Shown piece after piece: positions 28,989 to 39,539 of a DNA stretch of 64,000 bases. The stretch lies in contig JASGHJ010000001.1 in the NCBI GenBank assembly GCA_047602405.1, positions 640,001 through 704,000 of the forward strand, read 5' to 3'. The notes under the pieces were generated by a model that saw only the letters and a program-made list of their open reading frames with translations, did no database searches and had not been told where the DNA came from. The position numbers and the translations under genes are program-made. Position 1 is the first letter of the stretch; each line of letters opens with the position of its first letter. Source of the DNA: Anaeromyxobacteraceae bacterium. GTDB lineage: Bacteria > Myxococcota > Myxococcia > Myxococcales > Anaeromyxobacteraceae.

Positions 28989-31502
28989 CTACCCCGGCTC
29001 GCCGAGACGTCGCACGCCCTCGGCGGCCTTCACGGCGTCGGGGTGTCGCTCCCCGCTCGTGGCGGCGAGCTGGGTCCGCGCCTCCCGGTAGCTCGCGAGC
29101 GCCTCGAGGCGCTGGCCCAGCCGCTCCTGGATCTCGCCGAGGAGGAGGTGCGCCCGGCCGAGCTGAGGCGTGCGCGCCCGCCCGGCGGCCTGCTCCCGGG
29201 CGGCGTCGAGCGCGGTGCGCGCATCCTCGACGGCGAGGTCGAGCTCGCCCGCCGCGAGCTCCACCATGGCCCGGAGCCGGTGCGCGTTGTGCTTCCCCTC
29301 GCGCGTCACCGCCTTGCCGTCCGGGCCGAACAGCCGCTCCGACGCGCGGCGCGCCTCGAGGACGTTGCCGGTCGCCACCTCGACGTACCCGCGGACGAAG
29401 TGCGCGAACGCGACCTGCGGCACGGCGGGCGGCAGCGTCGCGGCCACGCGCTCCGCCTGGATCGACACCCTGCGCGCCTCCTCGAGCCGCCCCATGTTCC
29501 GCAGCGCCATCGCCGCGCCCGCGCGCGAGTTCGCCTCCTCGGCCGCGACGCCGTTCCGGCGGGCCTGGTCCGCGGCGCGCTGGAAGTTCTCGTACGACGA
29601 GGCGTAGTCGCCGAGCGAGCCCTGCACGTAGGCGAGGTGGCCGACCACCACGTCCGGCGCCTCCCGTGGCGCGAAGGACGCGACCACCTCCTGCAGCAGC
29701 GGCGCGGCGCCGCGGAGGTCGCCCACGAAGATCAGGGTGTCGGCGAGGTCGTAGCGGAGCTGGTTCGCCATCGGCGCCGATCCGAGCCCGCCGGCGCCGA
29801 GGATCCCGAGCGCCTCCTCGAGGTGCGCGATCCCCTCGCGCACGAGGTCGGCCTGGCACTCGGCGTAGCCGAGCCGCCCGACCACGTCGCCCCTCAGCCG
29901 GGGCGAGGGCGCCGGCACGCGCGCGAGGAGCCCGACCGCGTCACGGGCGAGCGCGAGCCCCACCTCGGGCGGCGCCCCGTGCCGCGCGAGCGTGGTGGCC
30001 GCGGCGAGGCAGCCGATGCGCGTCGTGACCTCGAGCGCGGGATCGGCGGCGAGCGCGCGCACGCGCTCCAGGCTCGGGTCCGAGGCCGGCGTGTCCTGGT
30101 CCCACGCGGCCCGCCGGCACTCGGCCTGGGCGGCGAGGTCCCGGTCGGCCGTGCGCGCGAGCAGGACCTGCGCGCGCTCGAGGAGCGCGATGGAGGCGTT
30201 CCTGTCGTCGAGGATGGCCTGGTAGTCGGAGAGCGCGAGCAGCACCAGGGCCTCGCGATCGGGCGCGGTGGCGAACGTGGACCGCGCCTCGGCGGCGGTG
30301 TCGGCGAGCAGCCTCCGGATCGCGGCGACGTCGAGCGTGCCCGCGGCCTGCTGGATCAGGTGGTCGAGCACCTCGCCGAGGGCGGTCGAGCGCGCGAGGA
30401 GCAACCCGGCCCGGTCCCGCTCGGCGACGGCGCGCCGGGCCTGCCAGAGCGTGGTGCCGAGCCCCGCGGCGAGGGTCACGACGAGGGCGGCCGCGGCCCC
30501 GACCGCGAGCCGGTGGCGGCCCACGAACTTGCGCAGCCGGTAGCCCGTCCCGTCCGGCCGCGCCTGCACCGGATTGCCGGCCAGGTGGCGGCGGACGTCC
30601 TGGGCGAACGCGTGCACCGTCGCGTAGCGCTCCGCCGGATCGCGCTTCATCGCCTTCGCGACGATCACGTCGAGGTCGCCGCGCAGCGCCGCGCGCGCCG
30701 CCGGCGGCGCGACCTCGCTCGGCGGCGGCGCGGTCGCCTGCTCGAGCGCGCGCGCGTAGCTCCCGGGCACGTCTCGCGAGAGCCGGTAAGGCCGCACGCC
30801 CGCGAGGAGCTCGTAGAGCAGCACGCCGAGCGCGTACACGTCGGTCGCCACGGTGACGGGGCGCCCCTCGAGCTGCTCGGGGGCGGCGTAGTCGGGGGTG
30901 AACGCGTGCCCCGCGACCTCGGTCGTCTGCGAGGACGACTCGCCCTCGCCGAGGAGCTTCGCGATCCCGAAGTCCAGGAGCCGGACGTCGCCGGCCGCGG
31001 TCACGAGGACGTTCGCGGGCTTGAGGTCCCGGTGCACGACGAGGCGGGCGTGCGCGAGCGCCACCGCGTCGGCCACCTGCAGGAACAGGCCGAGCCGCTC
31101 CCGCACCCCGAGCCGCCGCGCCTGCGCGTGACGGTCGAGCGGCTCCCCGTCGACGTACTCCATCGCGAGCCAGGGCCGGCCCGACGCGTCGACGCCGGCG
31201 TCGTAGAGCCGGGCGATGTTCGGGTGCTCCATGGCGGCGAGCGTGTCGCGCTCGCGCGCCATGCGGCGGTGCAGCCCGGCCGGATCCGCGGCCCAGCGCG
31301 GCAGCTTCAGCGCCACCCGGCGCGCGAGCTGCCCGTCGGCGCGCTCCGCGAGCCAGACGGCGCCCAAGCCGCCCCTGCCGAGCTCCCGGAGGAGGACGTA
31401 CGGCCCCACCCGATCACCCACGCCGGAAGCCGCGCCCGGCTCCTGCGCGGTGGACGTTCCGTCGGGGAGGGTCTCGGGCCAGGGGGCATCGTTCCGGGTC
31501 AC
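28989..31502 (-). CDS. Ser/Thr protein kinase with TM segment and TPR-like C-terminus
   Basis: GRGGLGAV, VALK, HRDLKPAN, DFG, YAAPEQ. Confidence 0.92.
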   Translation of the reverse strand: MTRNDAPWPETLPDGTSTAQEPGAASGVGDRVGPYVLLRELGRGGLGAVWLAERADGQLARRVALKLPRWAADPAGLHRRMARERDTLAAMEHPNIARLYDAGVDASGRPWLAMEYVDGEPLDRHAQARRLGVRERLGLFLQVADAVALAHARLVVHRDLKPANVLVTAAGDVRLLDFGIAKLLGEGESSSQTTEVAGHAFTPDYAAPEQLEGRPVTVATDVYALGVLLYELLAGVRPYRLSRDVPGSYARALEQATAPPPSEVAPPAARAALRGDLDVIVAKAMKRDPAERYATVHAFAQDVRRHLAGNPVQARPDGTGYRLRKFVGRHRLAVGAAAALVVTLAAGLGTTLWQARRAVAERDRAGLLLARSTALGEVLDHLIQQAAGTLDVAAIRRLLADTAAEARSTFATAPDREALVLLALSDYQAILDDRNASIALLERAQVLLARTADRDLAAQAECRRAAWDQDTPASDPSLERVRALAADPALEVTTRIGCLAAATTLARHGAPPEVGLALARDAVGLLARVPAPSPRLRGDVVGRLGYAECQADLVREGIAHLEEALGILGAGGLGSAPMANQLRYDLADTLIFVGDLRGAAPLLQEVVASFAPREAPDVVVGHLAYVQGSLGDYASSYENFQRAADQARRNGVAAEEANSRAGAAMALRNMGRLEEARRVSIQAERVAATLPPAVPQVAFAHFVRGYVEVATGNVLEARRASERLFGPDGKAVTREGKHNAHRLRAMVELAAGELDLAVEDARTALDAAREQAAGRARTPQLGRAHLLLGEIQERLGQRLEALASYREARTQLAATSGERHPDAVKAAEGVRRLGEPG

Positions 31503-31619
31503 GCGCGATCCCTAGCCGCCCGGGAGCCCGTTCACGCGTGGAATCCCGGGGATTCTCCCGAGGGGTTCCCTCGGTCTCCCGTCGCGGGCGCGCCGCGTCG
31601 GTGCGATGAGCGCGGCGCG

Positions 31620-32411
31620 TCACCCTCGCTCGGCGAGCCGGCGCACGGCGAGCCCGCCGAAGACCACCGTGACGCCGGCGAGCGCGGCCGCCGCGATCCC
31701 GGGTGGGATGAAGCGGAACTCGTGGACCCCCGCCGCGGCGAGCGCGAGCTGGTTCAGGTGGAACGCCGGCCAGACGACGACCCAGGGCTCGAGGAACGCC
31801 GGCAGGGGGATGAACAGCCCCGAGAGCCAGAGCATCGGCAGGAACACGAGGTTCGTGATCGCCGGCGCCGCGGAGCCGGAGGCGTGGGCGCCGATGAAGA
31901 GGCCGAGCGCGCTCATGGGGACGGTGCCGGCGAGGAGCGCGAGGCACATCGCCGCGATCCGGGGGCCGGGGAGCGGCAGCGTGCCCGCCACCGCCGCGGC
32001 GGCGACGACGAGGGCCATCGCGAGCGCGGCGAGCACCGCCGCGGTGCCCATCTTCGCGAGGATCACCGCGCCGGCCGGGGCGGGCAGCGCGCGCTTCAGG
32101 CGCAGGAGCCCGCCCTGCCGCTCGAGGGCGAGCCCGCACCCGACGCCGAACAGCCCGGGCATCGTCGCCGCGAACACGAGCCAGCCCGAGAAGAGGTAGC
32201 TCGCGAGCGCAGGCCGCGCCGCCACCGCCCCGCCCGCGATGACCACGCCGAAGAAGAGGTAGATCGGCGCGGGCAGGGCGAGGAACGGCAGGGCAAACGC
32301 CGGCGTGCGGAGCACGCGCAGCGTCTCCTGCCTCCACTCGGCGAGGTAGGCGCGGGCGACCCTCGCGCCGGACATGGGCGAGGAGGGAGCGGGGAGGTTC
32401 GAGGCGGTCAC
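31620..32411 (-). CDS. ABC-2 type permease
   Basis: Six hydrophobic segments, ALERQGGLLRLKRALP, WLSGLFIP; GTG overlaps the upstream stop. Confidence 0.85.
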   Translation of the reverse strand: MTASNLPAPSSPMSGARVARAYLAEWRQETLRVLRTPAFALPFLALPAPIYLFFGVVIAGGAVAARPALASYLFSGWLVFAATMPGLFGVGCGLALERQGGLLRLKRALPAPAGAVILAKMGTAAVLAALAMALVVAAAAVAGTLPLPGPRIAAMCLALLAGTVPMSALGLFIGAHASGSAAPAITNLVFLPMLWLSGLFIPLPAFLEPWVVVWPAFHLNQLALAAAGVHEFRFIPPGIAAAALAGVTVVFGGLAVRRLAERG

Positions 32412-34556
32412 GCGGCCTCCCGGGTGAGGGTGGAGACGGCCTCGGCGAGGCCCGCCTGATGGACCTCGAGGTGCCGGACGCCGGGGTCCTCCGCCAGCAG
32501 GCGCCGGAGCACGCCCTCGGCCTCGGCGACGGTGATCCGCACGCGGGCGCCCTCGCTCACGACCTCGAGCACGCCGGGCCACGCCCGCAGGCGCTCGGGC
32601 TCGAGGCCGGTCACGCAGCGGATCTGGCGGTGCACGGCACGCGCGCGGATCTCGTCGACGCGGCCCTCGGCGACGAGCCGGCCGCGGTGGAGCACCGCCA
32701 CCCGGTCCGCGAGCGCCTCGGCCTCCTCGAGGTGGTGCGTGGTGAGGACGACGCCGGTCCCCCGCGCGACGAGCGCGCGCACGCTCCGCCAGAGCGCCTC
32801 GCGGGCCCCGGCATCGAGGTTCGCGGTCGGCTCGTCGAGGAACAGGAGCGCGGGGCGCCCGCAGATGGCGATGGCGAACTGGACGAGCCGCTTCTGGCCT
32901 CCCGACAGGGCGCCGTACCGCGACGCGGCGAGCGGCGCGAGGCCGGTCGCCGCCAGCACCTCCGCCGCCTCGAGCGGCGCCGGGTAGTAGCTCGCGGCGA
33001 GCGCGACGTGCTCCCGCACGCGCAGCTCGGGCGTGAGCTCAACGTCCTGCATCATGACGCCCACCCGGCGGCGCGCCGCCACGTCGCGCGGCGGACCGCC
33101 GCCGAGCGTCGCGACCCCGCGGTCCGCGTCGAGGAGGCCGAGCCACACCGCGATGGCGGTGGTCTTGCCCGCGCCGTTCGGCCCGAGCAGCGCGAGGACC
33201 TCGCCGGGCCGCACCTCGAGGTCGAGGCCGTCGAGCGCCACGGCCTCGCCGTAACGCTTCTCGACGGCCGCGAGCGCCGCGAGCGGCGCGTCCCGGGCCA
33301 CGGCCCCGGTCGCGGGGGACGGGGCCGGCGTCGCCACCGCGGTGGGCGCGGCGCCGAGCCCGCGCGGCAGGCGCCGGCCCTGGAGCGTCTGCCCGATGAA
33401 CGTGGCGCGGACGAGCCAGCGGTAGCTCGCGAGGAGCACGCCGAAGGTCACCGCGACCACCGCCGGGAACTTCACGCTCCAGGGGAGGGGCAGCGGCGCC
33501 GCGATCACCTGCAGCGCGGCGACGAGCGGCAGGTGCGCGAGGTAGATCCAGTACGAGGCGTCGGCGAGGTAGCGGATTGGCGCGGAGGGCCGGGCCAGGA
33601 AGCGCACCGCCGCCCCCGTGAGGCCGAACGTCCAGCACCAGGCGGCGAGCCCGTAGCCGAGCGCGTAGGCCGCCGTCGCGAACCCCCGCGGCGCCGGGGC
33701 GAGCGCCGGCGTCACCCCGGCGAACGCGAGGCAGCCGGCGGTCGCGGCGACCGCCACGGCGAGGTGCGCGGCCCAGCGGCGCGCCCAGAGCTCGAGCAGG
33801 ACGGCGGCCTGCCGCTGCGCGAGCCAGCCGAAGGCGAGCGCCACGCCGTAGCCGGCGAGCGCGGGCAGCTCCGGGATGACCGACCGGTCGGGCGTCGGGA
33901 TGCCGAACCAGATCACCCAGTCCTCGCGGGCGGCGAGCGCTGTCACGAGCGGGAGGGGCAGGACGAGGGCGGCGGCGCCCGAGCGCGCGAGCCCGCGCAC
34001 CGCGGCGTCGGCCACGCGCCGCACCGGGAGGCGGCGGTCGAGCGCGAGCGCGACGGCCCGGACCCCGAGCACGAGCGCGTACAGGAGGAGGAGCTCGTAC
34101 AGGAACCAGAGGTGGAGGAGCGGGAAGGCCCCGGGGGGCGGCGGCGGCAGCCCGGCGGAGGACGGCGGGGCCGCGCCGAACGTCGCCCGGAGCCCCCAGA
34201 TCCAGACGGCGGTCACCGCCGGGAAGAACACGAGCCACCCCGCGACGAGCGGCACGAGGATCCGCCTCGCCCGGTCGCGCCAGAAGCCCCCCGCCCCGCG
34301 GCGGAGGAAGAGCACCCGCGCGAAGAAGCCGGCGAGGAAGAAGAAGAGCGTCATCCGGAACGCGTGCGATCCGAAGATCAGCACGGCGAGCGCGGCGCTC
34401 GGAGAGCGGTCGGTCGCGGCCCAGAGGCCGGGCGGGAAGCCCGGCAGGAACGAGAAGGCGGCGTGGAAGAGGCACGCCGAGGACGAGCGCGAAGGCGCGG
34501 ACCGCGTCGAGGGCGGGCAAGCGTTCGGACGGAGCGGAGGACGTGGACGTGGACAT
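32408..34556 (-). CDS. Acyltransferase-3 (MdoC/OpgC-like) fused to an ABC ATPase; apparent +1 frameshift at about 34471
   Basis: RLPALDAVRA, then in the next frame FHAAFSF, HAFRMTLFFFLAGFF, HLWFL, YLADASYWIYLAHLP, followed by [20 protein letters not shown]; removing one base gives 715 aa. Confidence 0.82.
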
Positions 34557-34625
34557 GGAGCTCCCCTGTCCGCGCCGCCTGGCGCGGAGGACGAAGGTCG
34601 TGAACGGAGACGGGGTGCGGCGCCG

Positions 34626-35291
34626 CTAGACGAAGTCCGGTCTTCGGGTGGCGCGCCAGACGGCGAGGGCGAGCACCGCGAGCCCCAGCACGAGCTCGGC
34701 GGCGATGATCGCGACGACGTCGGACGACCAGACCGCCACCGCCCCCTCGTGGTGAGCCTTCACGGAGGGCAGCGCGAGCAGGAGCGGGATCACGAAGTTC
34801 ACCGAGATGTTCCCGACGGTGATGGCCGCGGCCATCCACCCGCTCGAGCTCCTCGTGAGCGCGACCGCGAGCAGCGCGCAGAAGTACAGGAAGAGGTAGG
34901 AGAGGAGCGCGATCCAGAACGGGAGGATGCCGTCGGGGAGCTCCGTCGCCCGGATGAGCACCGCCGTCGCGCCGGTGAGCGCGAGCCACGGCACGCCGAA
35001 GGCGATCGCGGTGGCCGCGACCTTCGAGAGGGTGACCTGCAGCGGGTCGACGGGGAGGCTCAGCACGAAGACCAGCATCCGCTCGCGCCGCTCGGCGGCC
35101 ACGCCCTGCAGGACCACGAGGATCTCGAGCACGATGAGGGCGCAGATGAGCGCCACGCCGCCGACGTAGGTCAGGATGCCCCCGCGCGGCAGGAACGCGA
35201 GGGACACCGCGCCGCCCGCGAGCGCACCGGCCATGGCCCAGCGCATGAGGTAGAGGTCCTTCTTGACCAGCGTCCCCACGATCGCGCTCAT
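34626..35291 (-). CDS. ABC-2 type permease
   Basis: LVKKDL start, AERRERMLVFVLSLPV, multiple TM segments. Confidence 0.8.
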   Translation of the reverse strand: MSAIVGTLVKKDLYLMRWAMAGALAGGAVSLAFLPRGGILTYVGGVALICALIVLEILVVLQGVAAERRERMLVFVLSLPVDPLQVTLSKVAATAIAFGVPWLALTGATAVLIRATELPDGILPFWIALLSYLFLYFCALLAVALTRSSSGWMAAAITVGNISVNFVIPLLLALPSVKAHHEGAVAVWSSDVVAIIAAELVLGLAVLALAVWRATRRPDFV

Positions 35292-36187
35292 GGCGCCCTC
35301 CCCTCCCGGCCGTGCATCACCGTCGCGACGAAGATCTCCTCGAGCGTGAGGCGCTGCACCTCCCGCACCGTGGCGCCCGCGCGCGCGCAGGCCGCGTGCA
35401 CGGCCGGCGAGTAGTCCCGGGTGACCACCACCGCGGCCCGCCCGGTCACCGAGGCGTCGACCGCGCCGGGCAACGCGGGCACCGGGGCGCCCGCCGCGGG
35501 CAGGTCGAGCGACACGCGCCGCCAGCGCTCGAGGAAGGCCTCCTTGTCCTGCGACTCGATCACCCGGCCCCGGTCGAGGAAGGTGATGACGTCGGAGATC
35601 TGCTCCACGTCCTGGGTGTGGTGCGAGGAGAAGAGCACCGCGCGCCGCTCGTCGCGGACGACCTCCATGAGCTCGGAGAGCACCTCGTGGCGCGCGACCG
35701 GGTCGAGGCCGGTGGTGGGCTCGTCGAGGAGCAGCAGGCGCGGCCGGGGCGCGAGGGCGAGGAGGAGCGACGCCTTCACCCGCTCGCCGTGCGAGAGCGC
35801 GCCGATGGGCTGGTCCACGTGGAGGTTGAAGCGCTCGAGGAGGCGCGCCGCGTAGGCCTCGTCCCACCCCGGGCGCAGCGCACGCACGAGGCGGATGTGC
35901 CACGCGAGCGTCGCGGCGCCGTAGAGGCGCATGTCCTCGGACACGAACCCCACGTCCCGCTTCACCGCCGCCTGGTCGTCCGGCACCGGGCGGCCGAGCA
36001 CGCGGATCGCGCCGCGGTCCGCGCGCACCATGCCCATCAGCAGGCGGATGGTGGTGGACTTGCCCGCGCCGTTCGCGCCGACGAGCCCCATGACCTGCCC
36101 GGCCTCGAGGCGGAGCGACACGTCCGTCAGGCGGAAGAACCGGTACGCCTTCTCGACCCCGGAGAGCTCGATGACGGGTTCGCTCAC
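35288..36187 (-). CDS. ABC transporter ATP-binding protein
   Basis: GANGAGKST, LSHGE, LLLDEPTTGLD, SSH. Confidence 0.92.
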   Translation of the reverse strand: MSEPVIELSGVEKAYRFFRLTDVSLRLEAGQVMGLVGANGAGKSTTIRLLMGMVRADRGAIRVLGRPVPDDQAAVKRDVGFVSEDMRLYGAATLAWHIRLVRALRPGWDEAYAARLLERFNLHVDQPIGALSHGERVKASLLLALAPRPRLLLLDEPTTGLDPVARHEVLSELMEVVRDERRAVLFSSHHTQDVEQISDVITFLDRGRVIESQDKEAFLERWRRVSLDLPAAGAPVPALPGAVDASVTGRAAVVVTRDYSPAVHAACARAGATVREVQRLTLEEIFVATVMHGREGRAP

Positions 36188-36585
36188 GACTCCTCCTCGC
36201 CGGCGTCCTCGCGGAGCGCCGCCACGCGCCTCAGCTCGGCCCCGAGCTCCTTCACCGACAGCCCCAGCCGCTGGCCGACCTCGACCGCCGCGGCGAGGTG
36301 CGCCTCGAGCTCGCGGCGGTGCAGCTCGAGGCCGAGCTCCGCCCGCTCGGCGACGAACGAGCCCCGCCCCTGCCGCGTGACGATGATCCCGGCCCGCTCG
36401 AGCTCGAGGTATGCGCGCTTCACGGTGATGACGCTCACGCTGAGCTCCGCCGCCAGGGCCCGGATGGACGGCAGCTCGTGGCCGGGCGCCCAGTCCCCCA
36501 CCGCGATGCGGTGCTGCACCTGCTCGATGAGCTGCAGGTACATGGGCCGCTCGTCGGCGTGGGAGATCACGAGCCCGCTGTGCAT
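36184..36585 (-). CDS. GntR-family regulator, YtrA subfamily
   Basis: PMYLQL, LPSIRALA, VSVITVKRAYLELE, RQGRGSFV; short; heads an ABC operon. Confidence 0.92.
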   Translation of the reverse strand: MHSGLVISHADERPMYLQLIEQVQHRIAVGDWAPGHELPSIRALAAELSVSVITVKRAYLELERAGIIVTRQGRGSFVAERAELGLELHRRELEAHLAAAVEVGQRLGLSVKELGAELRRVAALREDAGEEES

Positions 36586-36599
36586 ATCGAATATGCACA
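36579..36599. promoter_or_regulatory. Putative YtrA operator
   Basis: Perfect inverted repeat TGTGCATAT-CGA-ATATGCACA overlapping the regulator start. Confidence 0.7.
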
Positions 36600-36680
36600 C
36601 TATACACGGTGCGCGCGGGGGCGCAACCCCGCCCCGGATCGGGGCCTCGGCGGGGTCTGCCTGTCATACGGTGAGCCCGC

Positions 36681-37334
36681 ATGCCTTCCACTTCGACCTC
36701 CCTGCGTCGCGCCGCCCTGCTCGTCGTCGTCGCCTCGCTCGCGGGTCCGGCCGTCGTGTTCCTCGACGCCGCCCTCCACGGCCCCTCCACCTGGGCGAGC
36801 GCGGCCGCGTTCGTGGCGGGGCACCGGCCGCTCCAGGCGCTCCCGCCGCTCCTCGGCTTCCCGCTGCTCCTCGGGTTCGTGCTCTTCGTGAGCGCGGCGC
36901 GCCGCCTCGACGCCGAGCGCGGCCACCGGGTGGATCAGGGCCCGGTGTTCCTGCTCACCGCGATCTACGGCGCGCTCGTGGCCGTCAACTACGTCTCGAA
37001 CGGGATGTGGGCCCACCAAGCCGGGTCCGAGGAGCTCGGCGCCGTGGCGGCCTTCTCCATGAACAACCCCCGCGCGCTGACGTGGTCCTTCGAGCTCGCG
37101 GGGTATGGCCTGCTCGGCGCGGTCACCTGGCTCGTCGCCCCCACCTTCCGCGAGGAGCCCTGGATCGCCTGGCTGTTGCGCGCGAACGGGGTGGTGAGCG
37201 TGGGGAGCGCCGCGTGGGCCGCGGTCGACCAGACGTGGGTCCTCGCGCCCGCGGGCCTCGTGTTCTACGCCGCCTGGAACCTGCTCGTCGTCGTGCTCAT
37301 GGCGCTCGTGGCGCGCAGGTTCCGGGAGGCCTGA
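36681..37334 (+). CDS. Hypothetical membrane protein
   Basis: About six hydrophobic segments, divergent from the GntR gene. Confidence 0.7.
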   Translation: MPSTSTSLRRAALLVVVASLAGPAVVFLDAALHGPSTWASAAAFVAGHRPLQALPPLLGFPLLLGFVLFVSAARRLDAERGHRVDQGPVFLLTAIYGALVAVNYVSNGMWAHQAGSEELGAVAAFSMNNPRALTWSFELAGYGLLGAVTWLVAPTFREEPWIAWLLRANGVVSVGSAAWAAVDQTWVLAPAGLVFYAAWNLLVVVLMALVARRFREA

Positions 37335-37341
37335 GCCCGCG

Positions 37342-38061
37342 CTACTTCACCACGTCCACCCGCGTCCGCTTCGGCTTCCGGCCGAGGTCGCGCTGCGGGA
37401 TGTCGTAGACGCGCGGCCGGTGCACGAGCGCCTGGCCCGCCTGGACCTCGACCCAGACCGGATCCGAGCGCGCCCAGCCGTCGCCCCACACCCGCACCTC
37501 GTGGCTGCCTGGCCGCACCTCGCGCGTGACCGGCGTCGTGCCCACGGGCGCGCCGTCGATGGAGACCGAGACGCCCGGCTCGTCGGTCACGACGGTGAGC
37601 TTGCCCGTCCCGTCGGGCTCTCCGCGCAGGAGCCTCGGCGTCGCGGCGGCGACGTCGGTCTCGAGCCGCCGCGCCGCGATCGGCACGAGCCGCTCGAAGC
37701 GCGCGAGCTCCTTCCCGCCGGGGACCTCCGCCTGGACGACGACCACCCGGTACGCCGCGCCGGCGAGCGCGAGGAAGCCGCCGACCACGCGGTCCACCTC
37801 GAGCTTCGCCGCCCGCGCCGCGAGGCAGCGGGCGTCGGCGGCGCAGCGCGAGAGCGCCGTGGTCCCCTCGCGACCGAGCCGGCGCTCGACCGCCTCCGGG
37901 CCGTCCACCTGCCACGCGGCGCCCAGGGCCGCGTCGGCCACGGCCTCGGCGGCGCGCTTGCCGGAGAAGCGCAGCTCGTCCGGCGCGTCGAGCGCGACCA
38001 CGGCGAGGCGCGGACCCGGGGTCGCGGCGGCGAGGACGAGTCCAGCGAGGGCGAGGAGCAT
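37342..38061 (-). CDS. PEGA-domain exported protein
   Basis: Signal peptide; GKLTVVTDEPGVSVSIDGAPVGTTP...PGSHEVRV. Confidence 0.8.
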   Translation of the reverse strand: MLLALAGLVLAAATPGPRLAVVALDAPDELRFSGKRAAEAVADAALGAAWQVDGPEAVERRLGREGTTALSRCAADARCLAARAAKLEVDRVVGGFLALAGAAYRVVVVQAEVPGGKELARFERLVPIAARRLETDVAAATPRLLRGEPDGTGKLTVVTDEPGVSVSIDGAPVGTTPVTREVRPGSHEVRVWGDGWARSDPVWVEVQAGQALVHRPRVYDIPQRDLGRKPKRTRVDVVK

Positions 38062-38104
38062 GCGGGAGCACGATCCTCGCATGATGGGCGGGCGCCGTTC
38101 CAGT

Positions 38105-39094
38105 ATGGTGGCCGCGGTGACCGAGGGCGTCGCGAAACAGATCGTGCGGGTGCGCTTCGAGGTGGAGCGCAACTACGCCGGGTGGCGGCTCGACCGGTAC
38201 CTCGCCGAGAAGATCCGGCGGCTCACGCCGGAGCGGATCGCCTGGCTCGTGGAGCACCGGCTCGAGACCGAGGACGGGTCGCGGCTCACCCTGGACTCCC
38301 AGGTGACGCCCGGGCTGCGCTTCGCGCTGCTCCGCGAGTTCGAGCCGGAGCCGGTGGTGCCCCTCGAGTTCGGCGTCGTGCACGACGACGGAGAGCTCCT
38401 CGTGGTCGACAAGCCCGCCGGGCTCCCGGTGCACCCGACCGCGCGCTACTTCCAGCACACCTTCACCGCGCTCGCGCGGGCGCGCTGGCCCGAGCGCAAG
38501 ATCGACCCCGCCCACCGGCTCGACCGCGAGACCTCCGGGCTGCTCGCCTGCGGGACCGCGCGCACGCACACCTCGAGGCTGAAGCGCGAGTTCGCCGAGG
38601 GCCGCGTCGAGAAGACGTACCTCGCGCTCGCGCTCGGCGCGCCGGCGGAGGACCGCTTCGAGGTCGACGCGCCGCTCGCGCTGACCGGCCAGTCGCTCGT
38701 GCGCGTGCGCATGCACGTGACGCCCGGCGGCCAGGAGGCCCGCACCGCGTTCGAGGTGCTCGGCCGCCGCCGCGCCCCCGACGGCGCGGCGGTGACGCTC
38801 CTCGCCTGCAGGCCCGCCACCGGCCGCCAGCACCAGATCCGCGCGCACCTCGCGCACGCCGGGTTGCCGCTCGTGGGCGACAAGATCTACGGGCCGGACG
38901 AGGCGATCTTCGACCGCTTCACCCGCCGCGCGCTCACCCCGGACGACGAGGCGACGCTGCGGCTGCCGCGCCAGGCGCTCCACGCGTGGCGGCTCGGGCT
39001 CCGGCACCCGCGCACGCTCGAGCCCGTCGCGCTCGAGGCGCCGCTCGCGCCCGACCTCGCCCGCTTCTGGGGCTCCTGCACGGAGGGCGCTTGA
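38105..39094 (+). CDS. RluA-family pseudouridine synthase
   Basis: RLDRYL, VDKPAGLPVHP, HRLDRETSG, TGRQHQIRAHL, GDKIYG, QALHA. Confidence 0.93.
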   Translation: MVAAVTEGVAKQIVRVRFEVERNYAGWRLDRYLAEKIRRLTPERIAWLVEHRLETEDGSRLTLDSQVTPGLRFALLREFEPEPVVPLEFGVVHDDGELLVVDKPAGLPVHPTARYFQHTFTALARARWPERKIDPAHRLDRETSGLLACGTARTHTSRLKREFAEGRVEKTYLALALGAPAEDRFEVDAPLALTGQSLVRVRMHVTPGGQEARTAFEVLGRRRAPDGAAVTLLACRPATGRQHQIRAHLAHAGLPLVGDKIYGPDEAIFDRFTRRALTPDDEATLRLPRQALHAWRLGLRHPRTLEPVALEAPLAPDLARFWGSCTEGA

Positions 39095-39453
39095 GCCCCT
39101 ACGACTTCCCCGGCCTCGTCTCCGGCATCGCCGCCTCCCAGCTCGTGCTGTGGGGCTCGGTCGTGCTCCTCCTCGCGGGCCTGCGCGCGCTCCTCGTGCG
39201 CGGCCAGCCGGGCCGCGGCCGATGGGCGCGCGGGCTCCTCGTGGGCGCGCTCCTGCCGATCGCGGCCGGGGTGGTGCTCCTGGCGCTCCAGGAGCTGACG
39301 GATCACCAGCGGCTCCTCGACCGGGCCGGCGTGCCGGTCCTCGCGACGGGCGCGATCCTGGGCGCCGCGTGGGTGACCGTGCGGCGCGCGCGGCCCAGGA
39401 GCGCCGCCCCTCACGCCACGACCGAGGGAGCGCCTCCGGCGCCACCGGCGTAA
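39091..39453 (+). CDS. Small hypothetical membrane protein
   Basis: TTGA overlap with the upstream stop, GGAGG RBS, three hydrophobic segments. Confidence 0.55.
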   Translation: MSPYDFPGLVSGIAASQLVLWGSVVLLLAGLRALLVRGQPGRGRWARGLLVGALLPIAAGVVLLALQELTDHQRLLDRAGVPVLATGAILGAAWVTVRRARPRSAAPHATTEGAPPAPPA

Positions 39454-39539
39454 CGAGCGCATCCTGGGTCGCCTGCACCTCCGGTGCGGGCTCACCGGGT
39501 CGCGTCGCGCCAGGCACCCGTGATAAGGCGTTCGCGCCC

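Noticed and set aside
31541..31555. Palindrome GAATCCC-G-GGGATTC upstream of the kinase
   Set aside because: It is a single short palindrome with no second copy or assignable regulator.
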